Shown: positions 8,319 to 17,659, counted from the first letter of the stretch. The stretch is 64,000 nucleotides of DNA from an uncultured Methanosarcinales archaeon (GCA_964441565.1 CAYTWW010000003.1:60037-124036); one strand, 5' to 3'. Numbers and translations: made by a program. Notes: a model not told the origin generated them from the sequence alone.

Positions 8319-9559
8319 TGAGAAAAGGAACGCTCGTCGTCATAGGGATATCTGCAGTCCCTGTAATAATCTGGTCCCTGATGCTTCCGCTTGATGCCAG
8401 GTTCGGTTCGTCCTCTTCAGCCATGACAAGCATAGGGCAGCTGTCCGGACTGCTTGGGATAGCACTCTTCGCCACAAGCCTGATGCTGTCTGCCAGGATT
8501 AAGCTTTTTGACAGGCTTTTCCTTGGGATGAACACAGCGTATAAGCAGCATCATGTGATAGGAGGGATATCACTTGTCCTCCTGCTTCTACATCCTATAG
8601 CATTGGCAGCCACATACTATGCAGTGTCTGCGAAAGCTGCTGCAGAGTTCCTGCTTCCGGGAGGAGACCTTGCGACAACCCTTGGATCAGCAGCGCTTTC
8701 GCTCATGATACTGCTGCTGGTCCTCACGTTCTTCGCGAGACTTGCGTATCCATTATGGAAATCGACACATAGGTTCCTGGGTGTCGCATTCATCCTAGCG
8801 AGCCTGCATGTCCTTCTCATATCATCTGACGTGTCACGAAGCTGGATGCTGCGATCCTACATGGTCCTTCTGATCGTCCTCGCCTCGTGCGCCTGGGTCT
8901 ACAGGGGCCTGCTTGGAGACCTGCTTGTCATGAAGCATCGCTATATCGTAGAAGATGTCAGGCTCAGAAATGATGTGACAGAGATCACGATGAAGCCTGC
9001 TGGAAAGCCTGTCGTGTCCTCCCCGGGCCAATTCATCTTCGTGTCATTCAGGCAGAGAGGCCTTGAAGAGACTCATCCCTTCTCTATCAGCTCGCTTGCT
9101 GAAGGGAAGATCAGGATAAGCGCCAAGGCATTGGGCGACTACACAAAGGGACTATCAGGAATCAAGAAGGGGACTGAGGCGATGATCGAAGGAGCATACG
9201 GAGGTTTTGTCCCCGGAAACAGGGAGATGGTCTGGATCGCCGGAGGGATCGGGATCACTCCATTCCTCGCGATGGCTGGGACAGGGAGGAAAGCGACATT
9301 ATTCTATTCTGTGAAGAAGGAGAGCGAGGCAGTTTATCTGGAGGAGCTCAGGAAGCACAGGAATGTGAAGACGCATCTCCATGTGGCTGAGAAAGATGGT
9401 TTCCTCACAGCTGAGAAGGTCATGGCAAAGGAAGATATCCAGGGGAAGGATATCTATATATGCGGTCCTCCTCCGATGATGGCGTCCCTTAAGCGGCAGT
9501 TCCTGAAGCTTGGAGTGCCTAGAGAGAGGATACATACTGAAGAGTTCGGGCTGGAATAG
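8315..9559 (+). CDS. Ferric-reductase/NOX-like protein: bis-heme TM domain fused to FAD/NAD(P)-binding domains
   Basis: TM His pairs ('HHVIGGISLVLLLLHP', 'HRFLGVAFILASLHVLL'). FNR-like motifs 'HPFSISS', 'GGIGITPFLAM', 'CGPPPMM'. ATGA overlap with the b5 gene. Confidence 0.8.
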   Translation: MMRKGTLVVIGISAVPVIIWSLMLPLDARFGSSSSAMTSIGQLSGLLGIALFATSLMLSARIKLFDRLFLGMNTAYKQHHVIGGISLVLLLLHPIALAATYYAVSAKAAAEFLLPGGDLATTLGSAALSLMILLLVLTFFARLAYPLWKSTHRFLGVAFILASLHVLLISSDVSRSWMLRSYMVLLIVLASCAWVYRGLLGDLLVMKHRYIVEDVRLRNDVTEITMKPAGKPVVSSPGQFIFVSFRQRGLEETHPFSISSLAEGKIRISAKALGDYTKGLSGIKKGTEAMIEGAYGGFVPGNREMVWIAGGIGITPFLAMAGTGRKATLFYSVKKESEAVYLEELRKHRNVKTHLHVAEKDGFLTAEKVMAKEDIQGKDIYICGPPPMMASLKRQFLKLGVPRERIHTEEFGLE

Positions 9560-9915
9560 TAGGATTTATGATGCTCTCTAGCGAATTCCTGAAGTCCGAT
9601 GAACCTGGCTCTTCGCTCTGCTTGAACTCATTATCCACAAAGGCACTGAGGACTATCGGCCTGGTGCCACTCGAAATTTCGTGGTTTCCGATATCACGCG
9701 ATGGAAGCAGTGATCGGAAGAATGTATCATCGTTTGTTTTTCCAGGTCTCTTTTTTATAGCTTGAACTTGTTCTCAAAAAAAATATCTGTGCAAAAATAA
9801 CGACCTTTTTTACTCCCATCACTACACATTATCCTATATGGGAGCTCAGGCAATGTCTATCTGATTGCTGGACAAAGAAGTCCTTGCAGGCTATCTGAAA
9901 ATGATGAATAGCTCC

Positions 9916-10995
9916 TTACTTCTTCAAATGCACATCCAATTGCGGGAAGGGGATATGTATCTTGTTCTTGCCCAGCGCCTTGTATATCCTCTTTATGCCT
10001 TCGAGCTTGGCTGCGAATGCCTTTGTGTAATCAGGCACCCAGTACCAGGCCTCGAACTCAAGGCAGGATTCAGCCATCTTGAGGAACTTGACTGAAGGGT
10101 AATAGTCGCCAGCGACAGTGATGACATCAGGGATATCCATAAGAACCTTCATCACGATCCTCTCGACTTTCTCAGGATCAGTGCCATAGGCGACAGAGAA
10201 AGGCACTATCACCCTGTTGTGCGGAGTGGGGAGCGCGTAGTTGTGGACTCGCGTATTTGACATGATGGCATTGGGCACTATCAGAAGCTCATTGTCGAAA
10301 GTCCTGATCTTCGTGCTCCTCAATGATATCTCAGTTACGACGCCTGTATGCCCTGATTCAAGCCGGACCTTGTCTCCTGCCCTGATGCTCCCGTCTATGA
10401 TGAGGGCGACTCCCCCGAAGATGTTGGCAAGGATGTCCTTGACAGCAAGCCCCACAATTATTCCCGCGATGCCGAGGCTTGCGAGATATGGCCTTACATC
10501 GATCCCCCACTGAGACAAGATGTAGAGGAATGCTATGATCCAAAGTATGATGTTTGTAGTCTTCCTAGCAATGCCCAGGATCTGGTCATCCACCTCAGAG
10601 GCTGTCTTCTTCACTATCCTGCCTCCGAAGTGGTCTATGAGTATGTCAGCTATCCTTATGAATATCAGGGCAGAGAAAGCGATGACGAATGAAAGGAGTA
10701 TGCGGTCGAGGGTCCAGAAAAGCCCTCCTTCAAAGCCTCCATTGAAGATGTCGGCTGCGTCGATACGCTCAGCTGCGACAAGGAGGCCGATGGCGACAAG
10801 GAGGATGGATATGGGATTGTTGACTGCATGAATGATCTTGTCATCAAGGTCAGTCTTCGTCTTCTTCGTGAACTGGATGATTATCTTCTCTGTGATCCAA
10901 ACGAACAGCTTGGATATGACAAAGAATCCTATGAAGATGGCAAGCGAGGACAGCCATATGTCAGCCATGATATAATCTATGATCTCCTGCATCAT
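9916..10995 (-). CDS. mscS: Small-conductance mechanosensitive channel (MscS family)
   Basis: 'GIAGIIVGLAVKDILANIFGGVALIIDGSIRAGDKVRL...GVVTEISLRSTKIRTFDNELLIVPN' is the canonical MscS TM3/beta-domain signature. Confidence 0.85.
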   Translation of the reverse strand: MMQEIIDYIMADIWLSSLAIFIGFFVISKLFVWITEKIIIQFTKKTKTDLDDKIIHAVNNPISILLVAIGLLVAAERIDAADIFNGGFEGGLFWTLDRILLSFVIAFSALIFIRIADILIDHFGGRIVKKTASEVDDQILGIARKTTNIILWIIAFLYILSQWGIDVRPYLASLGIAGIIVGLAVKDILANIFGGVALIIDGSIRAGDKVRLESGHTGVVTEISLRSTKIRTFDNELLIVPNAIMSNTRVHNYALPTPHNRVIVPFSVAYGTDPEKVERIVMKVLMDIPDVITVAGDYYPSVKFLKMAESCLEFEAWYWVPDYTKAFAAKLEGIKRIYKALGKNKIHIPFPQLDVHLKK

Positions 10996-11148
10996 CTATG
11001 CTGGCTATTCCTGAGCTGTTAATAAAGATATTGATTGGACCTGCATATTGAACACGTAGGAAAGGTTTATAATGGATCCTGAATACAAAAACGATGATGA
11101 GGTGGGAAGATTTCTGATCTGCTGCTCCTTAGGGAGATAGGATTCATC

Positions 11149-12768
11149 GTGATCGCAGCCACGATCTTCGCTGTCTTCGCAAACAAGCTCAGGCAGCCGC
11201 TTCTGATAGGATATGTGATCGGCGGATTCGCTCTCAGGATGCTCGGCCTTGTCGCAGACCTTGAACTGATCAAGATACTATCAGAGCTGGGGATCATCTT
11301 CCTCCTGTTCATCATCGGGATGGAGCTTGACCTGACAAGGCTGAGACAGGTGGGTGCAAAGGCCTCCATGATAGGACTTATTTATGTGATCGTCGCGCCC
11401 CTCCTCGGATACTGCCTTGGACTCCTCCTGGGCTTCGGCCATATGGAATCCATCTACATCGGCCTGCTTATCGCATTCTCAAGCACAGTGGTTGTCGCAA
11501 AACTGCTCGGCGAGGAGAGGGAGATAGAATCTCTGCAGGGAGAACTGGTCATAATCATACTGATCATCGAGGATATACTGGCAGTCATGGCCATGTCATT
11601 CCTGGCGTCCTCAGGTGTCTCAGTCCAAATGCTTCCACAGATGATCGCGAAGGGACTTCTCCTGGTAGCCCTTTCCTTCCTCCTGTACAAGTATGTATTC
11701 CATGCTGTACTCAAGGAGGCTGTGAAATCCACTGAGCTCGTGTTCATCTCCGCTCTCACGATCATGTTCATCTATTGTGCGCTGGCGAGCTATCTCGGAT
11801 ACTCCTTCGCGATAGGGGCTTTCATCGCAGGCATTTCATTGCGCACGACACACTTCAGCCATGAGATCACAGGCAGGGTCAAGCCCCTGAAGGATTTCTT
11901 CCTCGTACTCTTCTTTGTCACACTTGGCATGGAGATCAGGTTCGGGTCATTCTTTGCGCTACTGGGTCCGCTCCTCATCCTCCTGGCTTTCGTCCTCCTC
12001 GTGAAGCCGTTTATCGTCATGTTCATAATCAAGCTATTCAGGTACAGCAATAGGACATCCTTCCTAACAGCGATCAAGCTCGGCCAGGTAGGAGAGTTCT
12101 CCCTTGTCATGGCTGCGCACGGCCTGCTAGTCGGGCACATCGACCAACAGCTGCTTAACATCATCATCTTCCTATCGATATTCAGCATGGTGATAACTGC
12201 ATATCTTATCAAATACGACGATTCCATGTACAACGCTTTCCTTGGAGATGTGTTCTCAAGGATATGGAAGGATGCTGGTATAGAGACCAGATACAGCAAG
12301 GATAACCTGAAGGACCATCTTGTTGTCTTCGGATATCATAAGATGGCAGAGCCGATTGTGAGAGGAGCGAAAGGCAGCAGATATGTTGTCGTAGACCACA
12401 ATCCTGAAAAGGTGCGCATGTTGTCTGAGCGGCGGGTCAGAGTGATGCTTGGAGACATCAGCAATCCTGAGATATTCGAGAGCGTGAATGCATCCGAAGC
12501 AAGGATGATCATATCCTGTATCTCCAATTCCCAGGTCAATCTTGGTCTTATAAAAAGGGCGAAGGAAGAAGGAAGCAATGCTCTGCTTGTGGTCTCCTGC
12601 AGTGATGAGGCAGGGGCCGAGGATCTTTATGAGGCAGGTGCAGATTACGTGATCGTCCCTCTCCTCCTTGGCGGTGAGAAGGCCCGACAACTGTCCAGCC
12701 TGTCAGGCAAAGAAGTGAGATCGATAGGCCAAAAGCACTTCCGGGACCTGAAGAGCCAAAAGCTTTAA
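11149..12768 (+). CDS. CPA2 cation:proton antiporter with C-terminal RCK/TrkA-N domain (Kef-type)
   Basis: Multi-TM Na+/H+-exchanger-like core. RCK domain 'HLVVFGYHKMAEPIVRG...VVVDHNPEKV'. The GTG start at 11149 truncates TM1; the true start is unclear (see findings). Confidence 0.8.
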   Translation: MIAATIFAVFANKLRQPLLIGYVIGGFALRMLGLVADLELIKILSELGIIFLLFIIGMELDLTRLRQVGAKASMIGLIYVIVAPLLGYCLGLLLGFGHMESIYIGLLIAFSSTVVVAKLLGEEREIESLQGELVIIILIIEDILAVMAMSFLASSGVSVQMLPQMIAKGLLLVALSFLLYKYVFHAVLKEAVKSTELVFISALTIMFIYCALASYLGYSFAIGAFIAGISLRTTHFSHEITGRVKPLKDFFLVLFFVTLGMEIRFGSFFALLGPLLILLAFVLLVKPFIVMFIIKLFRYSNRTSFLTAIKLGQVGEFSLVMAAHGLLVGHIDQQLLNIIIFLSIFSMVITAYLIKYDDSMYNAFLGDVFSRIWKDAGIETRYSKDNLKDHLVVFGYHKMAEPIVRGAKGSRYVVVDHNPEKVRMLSERRVRVMLGDISNPEIFESVNASEARMIISCISNSQVNLGLIKRAKEEGSNALLVVSCSDEAGAEDLYEAGADYVIVPLLLGGEKARQLSSLSGKEVRSIGQKHFRDLKSQKL

Positions 12769-12793
12769 ATCCACCCAGCGGCATATCTCTTCC

Positions 12794-14470
12794 ATGGCCT
12801 TGGAGTTCCCCACCGAGGTGGGAATCATCCTCTTGTTCTCACTCCTAGGAGGCGTGCTCGCTGTCCGCTTCAGGCAGCCGAGCGTGATAGGACTTCTCCT
12901 GATAGGCATGCTAGTCGGTCCTCACAACCTTGGCTTCGTGACAGATGATGGGCTCCTGTTCATCGTGATGGAAGTCGGAGCGACGCTCCTCATGTTCGCA
13001 GTGGGCGCTGAATTCAACATCACAAAGCTGAGGAAATATGGTCTGCCCATCCTCCTCGTCGGACTTGCCAAGATGGGTGGTGTTTTCTTATGCGGTTATT
13101 ATGCCAGCAAGCTCCTTGGACTAGGGAACCTTGCATCGATCTTCTCTGGATCGATCCTGATGATAACAAGCACAGTCCTCTTCATCAGGATTCTGGAACA
13201 GAAGGGTTATTCTGGCAGGCAGGAGATGCCTTTCCTTGTGGCTCTTCTGATCCTAGAGGACATCGTCGCGATCTTCTCGATAACCTTCCTGTCGAGATTG
13301 GCATCCTCAGGGGATTTCTCTCTGGGAGGAGTCCTTCTCCAGCTATCGATAGCCTTCCTCCTCCTCGTCGTATCATACCTGATAGTCAATCTCCTGATAA
13401 AGCCTATCGCATCATTCCTCATGCGATGGAAGTCTGAGGAGACATTCACATTCTTCTCTCTTGTCGTGCTTGGGCTTTTCACATACATCGCGATGGAACT
13501 CAAGCTCTCGCCCACGATCGGAGCCTTCCTCGCAGGAAATCTCCTGGCATCGCTTCCTCAAGGCAAGAGCCTTGAACATGCTATGCATCCTTTCACACTC
13601 ACTTTCTCTTCGCTATTCTTCTTCTCGATCGGTGCAAGGGTAGGATTCGCATCCCTCCTGGAAAACCTGTGGATGATACTGGCTCTATCTCTCGTCCTGA
13701 TAGCATCTGCAGGGGCAACGATGTTCTTTTCTACATACATCTTCGCAGGATTCAGCAGGAAGCAGGCAATCTTCTCTGCACTCTCGATGGCCACGATCGG
13801 TGAGTTCGGGCTGCTTGTGGCAAGAGAATCTGAAAATGCATCGCTTGGAGTAGATATGGTGAGCATAGCCGCAGGAATAATCCTTGTGTCAGCGATATCC
13901 ATGACCCTCTTCATCAATCTTGAGCAGACTATCCAGAACTGGTTGGCCAAGCCATATTTCCTCCGACAGCTCAGGGGACTTGAACAGTTGAGGAACTATA
14001 CAAGTTCCATCCTTAAGCTCTTCGCATGCAAGAGGTGCAACAGGGTTCAGGCAGATGCGAGGAACATCATGCTCAGCGCAGGGATGTTTGCATGGTTCAT
14101 CCTCCTATTCATCCTGATTTGGTCGATGCTTACGCCATCCTCACACTTCACCCCATATGTCCCTGTCGGAGGACTTGTGCTGTTCGGTTCTGCATTCATG
14201 GTCTTTGAGCATCTAAGGAGACTGATCAGGGATTTCTATATAGAGCTCATAAGATTCCTCCCTGGTGATCCTAGGGAAGAGAAGATTGTCTATGGCCTGA
14301 TGCTGTCAATGATCGGGATATTCTGCCTGCTCATCCTCCTGCCATTCATGACACTCTGGATAGAGACTCATCTCATAGAGCTGCTTGCGACTGCTGCAGT
14401 GTTCATCACGATGATTGCGCTATTCAGAAATGCGATCACGCATCTTAAGAGGTTGGAGGAGAAACGATGA
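12794..14470 (+). CDS. CPA2 cation:proton antiporter paralog with extra C-terminal TM region
   Basis: The N-terminus 'EFPTEVGIILLFSLLGGVLAVRFRQPSVIGLLLIGMLVGP' and the core are similar to the upstream gene. There is no RCK domain. Confidence 0.75.
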   Translation: MALEFPTEVGIILLFSLLGGVLAVRFRQPSVIGLLLIGMLVGPHNLGFVTDDGLLFIVMEVGATLLMFAVGAEFNITKLRKYGLPILLVGLAKMGGVFLCGYYASKLLGLGNLASIFSGSILMITSTVLFIRILEQKGYSGRQEMPFLVALLILEDIVAIFSITFLSRLASSGDFSLGGVLLQLSIAFLLLVVSYLIVNLLIKPIASFLMRWKSEETFTFFSLVVLGLFTYIAMELKLSPTIGAFLAGNLLASLPQGKSLEHAMHPFTLTFSSLFFFSIGARVGFASLLENLWMILALSLVLIASAGATMFFSTYIFAGFSRKQAIFSALSMATIGEFGLLVARESENASLGVDMVSIAAGIILVSAISMTLFINLEQTIQNWLAKPYFLRQLRGLEQLRNYTSSILKLFACKRCNRVQADARNIMLSAGMFAWFILLFILIWSMLTPSSHFTPYVPVGGLVLFGSAFMVFEHLRRLIRDFYIELIRFLPGDPREEKIVYGLMLSMIGIFCLLILLPFMTLWIETHLIELLATAAVFITMIALFRNAITHLKRLEEKR

Positions 14471-14889
14471 ATGTGACAAGATGGGCTGCATATGCTGAGG
14501 AGTTCGAGAGGAAGAGCAGGGATTTCTACAGCAGCTGCATGAGGGATGCGAAGGATCATGATGAGAAGGTGCTCTTCAGCTTCCTCCTGAGACAGGAGAA
14601 CCGTCATCTGCAGAGCATACAGGGCTTCCTACGAGGCCTGGAATATGACAGGAGCATGATCGATCCTCCGATGTTCAATAGGCTTGCCAAGATAAGGGAT
14701 GACCGCATGCGCGAGAAGGTCAACAGGGCTCTCCAGTTCGAGAAGGAAGGATACGAATTCTACATGTCTGAGTCTCTGAAGGAGCCTGACCTTGCTGCCA
14801 AGCAGTTCCTGAAGAGGCTGGCTGATGATGAGCTGAAGCACAGCGAGGTGATCGGGAACTTCGGCAGGTTCCTGTTCCTCGATGAGTGA
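14467..14889 (+). CDS. Ferritin-like/rubrerythrin-family diiron-type protein
   Basis: Two 'E...ExxH' helix pairs ('FERKSRDFY...RQENRHL', 'FEKEGYEFY...DDELKHS'). ATGA overlap with the antiporter. SD 'GGAGGAGA' upstream. Confidence 0.5.
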   Translation: MNVTRWAAYAEEFERKSRDFYSSCMRDAKDHDEKVLFSFLLRQENRHLQSIQGFLRGLEYDRSMIDPPMFNRLAKIRDDRMREKVNRALQFEKEGYEFYMSESLKEPDLAAKQFLKRLADDELKHSEVIGNFGRFLFLDE

Positions 14890-15535
14890 GATAGACGAAG
14901 TCTTCAGCATACTCGGGCATGAGGTTGTCAAGTATGATGTGCCTGTGATCGACCTGATAAAAGTGCATTCAGGCGACCCTTATAGGATACTTGTCGCGAC
15001 CATACTATCTTCGAGGACACAGGACAGGACGACTGCTGCTGCTGCAGAGCGGCTCTTCTCTAGAGCACCTTCCCTCCAGGCGCTCTCGAAGCTGACAGTG
15101 GAAGAGATAGGGAGGCTGATCTATCCAGTCGGCTTCTTCAGGACAAAGGCAAGGCATCTGGAAGAGCTGCCAACTGCCATCCGGGAATCAGGGGGGAAGA
15201 TCCCGGAAGATATGGAGGGACTCATGAGACTTCCAGGTGTCGGAAGGAAGACAGCGAGTCTCGTCCTTGCGCTGGCATTTGACAAGGATGCCATATGCGT
15301 GGATGTGCATGGGCACAGGATACCTAACAGGCTTGGCTGGGTGGAGACGAAGACGCCGATTGAGACTGAGATGGCGCTTCGCAGGATCCTTCCCAGGAAA
15401 TACTGGAAGAGGTTCAACAGGATATTTGTGGCGTTCGGGCAGGCTGTGTGCAAGCCTATCAGACCGCACTGCTGGGATTGCCCGGTGACGAAGTATTGCA
15501 GGTATTATCGGGAGAATTATCTAAAGACCAGCTAA
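14882..15535 (+). CDS. nth: Endonuclease III (HhH-GPD DNA glycosylase/AP lyase)
   Basis: 'LMRLPGVGRKTASLVL' is the helix-hairpin-helix. C-terminal FeS cluster loop is 'CKPIRPHCWDCPVTKYC'. Confidence 0.9.
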   Translation: MSEIDEVFSILGHEVVKYDVPVIDLIKVHSGDPYRILVATILSSRTQDRTTAAAAERLFSRAPSLQALSKLTVEEIGRLIYPVGFFRTKARHLEELPTAIRESGGKIPEDMEGLMRLPGVGRKTASLVLALAFDKDAICVDVHGHRIPNRLGWVETKTPIETEMALRRILPRKYWKRFNRIFVAFGQAVCKPIRPHCWDCPVTKYCRYYRENYLKTS

Positions 15536-15587
15536 TCCTGATTAATTCCACGACATCTTTTAATACAGCACTCCTTTCTGTCCTCCC

Positions 15588-16220
15588 ATGTCCCTCAAGG
15601 AGGATATCACGCAGCTCAGGAGAAGCCATGTCGGCGATCTTGTCAGAAGTCGGCTGGAGGAGTTCTCTGCCTTCAGGGACAAGGACGATGATGCCTGGTT
15701 CTCAGAGCTGTGCTTCTGCCTGCTGACCGCGAACTCGAAGGCAAGGACTGCGATCGCGATCCAGGAAGAGATTGGAGCGAAGGGATTCTGCGAGCTTTGC
15801 GTCGCTGACCTCGCAGCCTGCATCAGGGAGAACAAGCACAGGTTCCATAACAACAAGGCAAGGTTCATCTTCGAAGCCAGGACTGTGAGGGACATAAAAG
15901 CAAGGATAAAGCCGCTTGCTGACAAGGATCAGCAGGAAGCGAGGGAATGGCTGGCTGACAATATCAAGGGGCTTGGATTCAAAGAGGCATCGCACTTCCT
16001 CAGGAATGTGGGATATTTCGACCTTGCGATCCTGGACAGGCATATCCTCAGGACCATGGCTGAGGAAGGCTTGATGGAAAAAAGAAGTAATAGCCTCACT
16101 AGGAGATCCTATATCGAGGCAGAGGAGATATTCCAGAGGAAAGCCAGGGAACTTGGCATGCAGGCTGCAGAACTGGACATGTACATGTGGTACCTGAAAG
16201 CCCGGGATGTGCTGAAGTGA
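15588..16220 (+). CDS. ogg: Archaeal-type 8-oxoguanine DNA glycosylase/lyase (Ogg2-like)
   Basis: 'ELCFCLLTANSKA', 'FHNNKARFI' and 'GLGFKEASHFLRNVGYFDLAILDRHI' match the archaeal N-glycosylase/DNA lyase family. Confidence 0.8.
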   Translation: MSLKEDITQLRRSHVGDLVRSRLEEFSAFRDKDDDAWFSELCFCLLTANSKARTAIAIQEEIGAKGFCELCVADLAACIRENKHRFHNNKARFIFEARTVRDIKARIKPLADKDQQEAREWLADNIKGLGFKEASHFLRNVGYFDLAILDRHILRTMAEEGLMEKRSNSLTRRSYIEAEEIFQRKARELGMQAAELDMYMWYLKARDVLK

Positions 16221-16395
16221 GTAAAGCCGACACCATATTCACTTCGTTCCTAGGTTCGAAAGCCAGTTTCGAACCATTGCAACTGCATTCTTCAGTTCTC
16301 TCAGGGCTTTAGCTTCTCAGCGTTCCGCGAGGCAGTTGCAAGTAAAAAATGGACCCCTGCGACTAGGTATCGGCAGCTGCAAGGGTCCGTGAGCG

Positions 16396-16698
16396 TCATT
16401 TAGGGATGAACTTATCGACTACATAGATGAATATGACTTTCTCCGGGGTCTCTATCTTCTGGCATGAGACAGGAGACCTTAGATCCAGGTCCTTTCGAAG
16501 GAGCCGGGGTATAAGGAAATACTTGGTGCATGAGTTCTTGCCTCTGGATGAGATGTCTGTGTTGAATTCTGCGACATGCTCGCTGAACAGATGGACATCC
16601 TCATAGTGGCCCTGGAGCAATGTCGCCTCATCATAGTCGATATGTGTCTCGAAGACAACACCGCTCTTGCATCTCTTAGCATTCAGTATCTTTCCCAC
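16396..16698 (-). CDS. Small AbrB/SpoVT-like protein, paralog of the CDS at 57629-57934
   Basis: 100 aa with a GTG start. Aligns full-length with the second copy, e.g. 'ISSRGKNSCTKYFLIPRLLRKD...VSCQKIETPEKVIFIYVVDK' versus 'ISLRGKNEATKYFLIPKELRDK...VSCHKIETKHKDIFVFVVDK'. Confidence 0.65.
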   Translation of the reverse strand: MGKILNAKRCKSGVVFETHIDYDEATLLQGHYEDVHLFSEHVAEFNTDISSRGKNSCTKYFLIPRLLRKDLDLRSPVSCQKIETPEKVIFIYVVDKFIPK

Positions 16699-16780
16699 AT
16701 GTTCACCTGGCTCACGCTTTGTGAAAAAATATTTATATACTTAATCAATTTAAAATGTATATAATATACATAACCCGACG

Positions 16781-17659
16781 ATGAGACGCAAGATTGTCCT
16801 TCATGGACCCAGCAGCCTGTGCATATCCCTCCCTAACAGCTGGGCAAAGCTACACGGAATGAAGAAGGGAGACGAAGTCGATGTCAGGGAGAATGGCGCT
16901 GACCTCCTTGTCAGTCCGACCGAGTCCAGGAAAGAGAAGAAGACCGAGATCTCCATCTCCGGCATGAACAGGGAGACCAGGAAAGACATCCTCATCGCCC
17001 TGCATAAGAAAGGCTATGATGAGGTCAAGATTACATTTGAGGATATAAGATCTGTGAAAGACCTCCTTGCCTGCATAAATGAGATGCACCTGGGTTTCGA
17101 GGTCATAAAGCAGGAGCAGAAATCAGTGGTCATAAGGGATATATCGAATCCTGATGGCGAGCAGCTTGACAACCTCGTGAGAAGGCTATTCAGGATAACG
17201 ATAGAGTATGCCTCCAGGGTCGCTGAGGTGATGGCAGAGAAGGAAGAGGCGACTGAGAGCTGCCTGCTGCACGATGTATCGATAAGGCGAATATCGAACC
17301 ATTGCAAGAGGATACTAAACAAGCACGCGAATGGCCGTCCTCCATACCTACTGTGCATCATCGAATGCCTTGAGATGGTATCAGGAGACCTGACTGCTCT
17401 GCTTGAGGCTTTGAAGGATAGGTCATCGCATCCCCAAAAAGTCATCGATACATCAGCAAAGCTTGTACAGCTGCTTTCTGGATGCTATGATCTGTACTAT
17501 GCGTTCTCATTCAGCAGCTATGACAAGGTGCGGCTGGCAAGCATCAAGGCAGAAACATCCATCAAAGGCCTTCCCGAAGGCGAAATCACATCCAGGCTTG
17601 CGAGGCTGCATGACAAGATATCGATCATGCTGCCGCATATATTGGCATCCCACATCTAG
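16781..17659 (+). CDS. AbrB-domain / PhoU-like phosphate uptake regulator (archaeal type)
   Basis: N-terminus 'KIVLHGPSSLCISLPNSWAKLHGMKKGDEVDV' is a SpoVT-AbrB fold signature. It is followed by a helical PhoU-like region. A TATA-like 'TATATAAT' lies ~20 nt upstream. Confidence 0.7.
   Translation: MRRKIVLHGPSSLCISLPNSWAKLHGMKKGDEVDVRENGADLLVSPTESRKEKKTEISISGMNRETRKDILIALHKKGYDEVKITFEDIRSVKDLLACINEMHLGFEVIKQEQKSVVIRDISNPDGEQLDNLVRRLFRITIEYASRVAEVMAEKEEATESCLLHDVSIRRISNHCKRILNKHANGRPPYLLCIIECLEMVSGDLTALLEALKDRSSHPQKVIDTSAKLVQLLSGCYDLYYAFSFSSYDKVRLASIKAETSIKGLPEGEITSRLARLHDKISIMLPHILASHI

Noticed and set aside
11091-11118. C/D-box sRNA-like 'GATGATGA ... CTGA' upstream of the antiporter
   Set aside because: The C box and a D'-like box are 13 nt apart. 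No C' box or terminal D box follows at the expected spacing, and no kink-turn-forming terminal stem is present.
16253-16275. tRNA T-arm-like 'GGTTCGAAA'
   Set aside because: It forms a simple 9-bp hairpin with its own complement. No acceptor, D or anticodon arms can be built around it.
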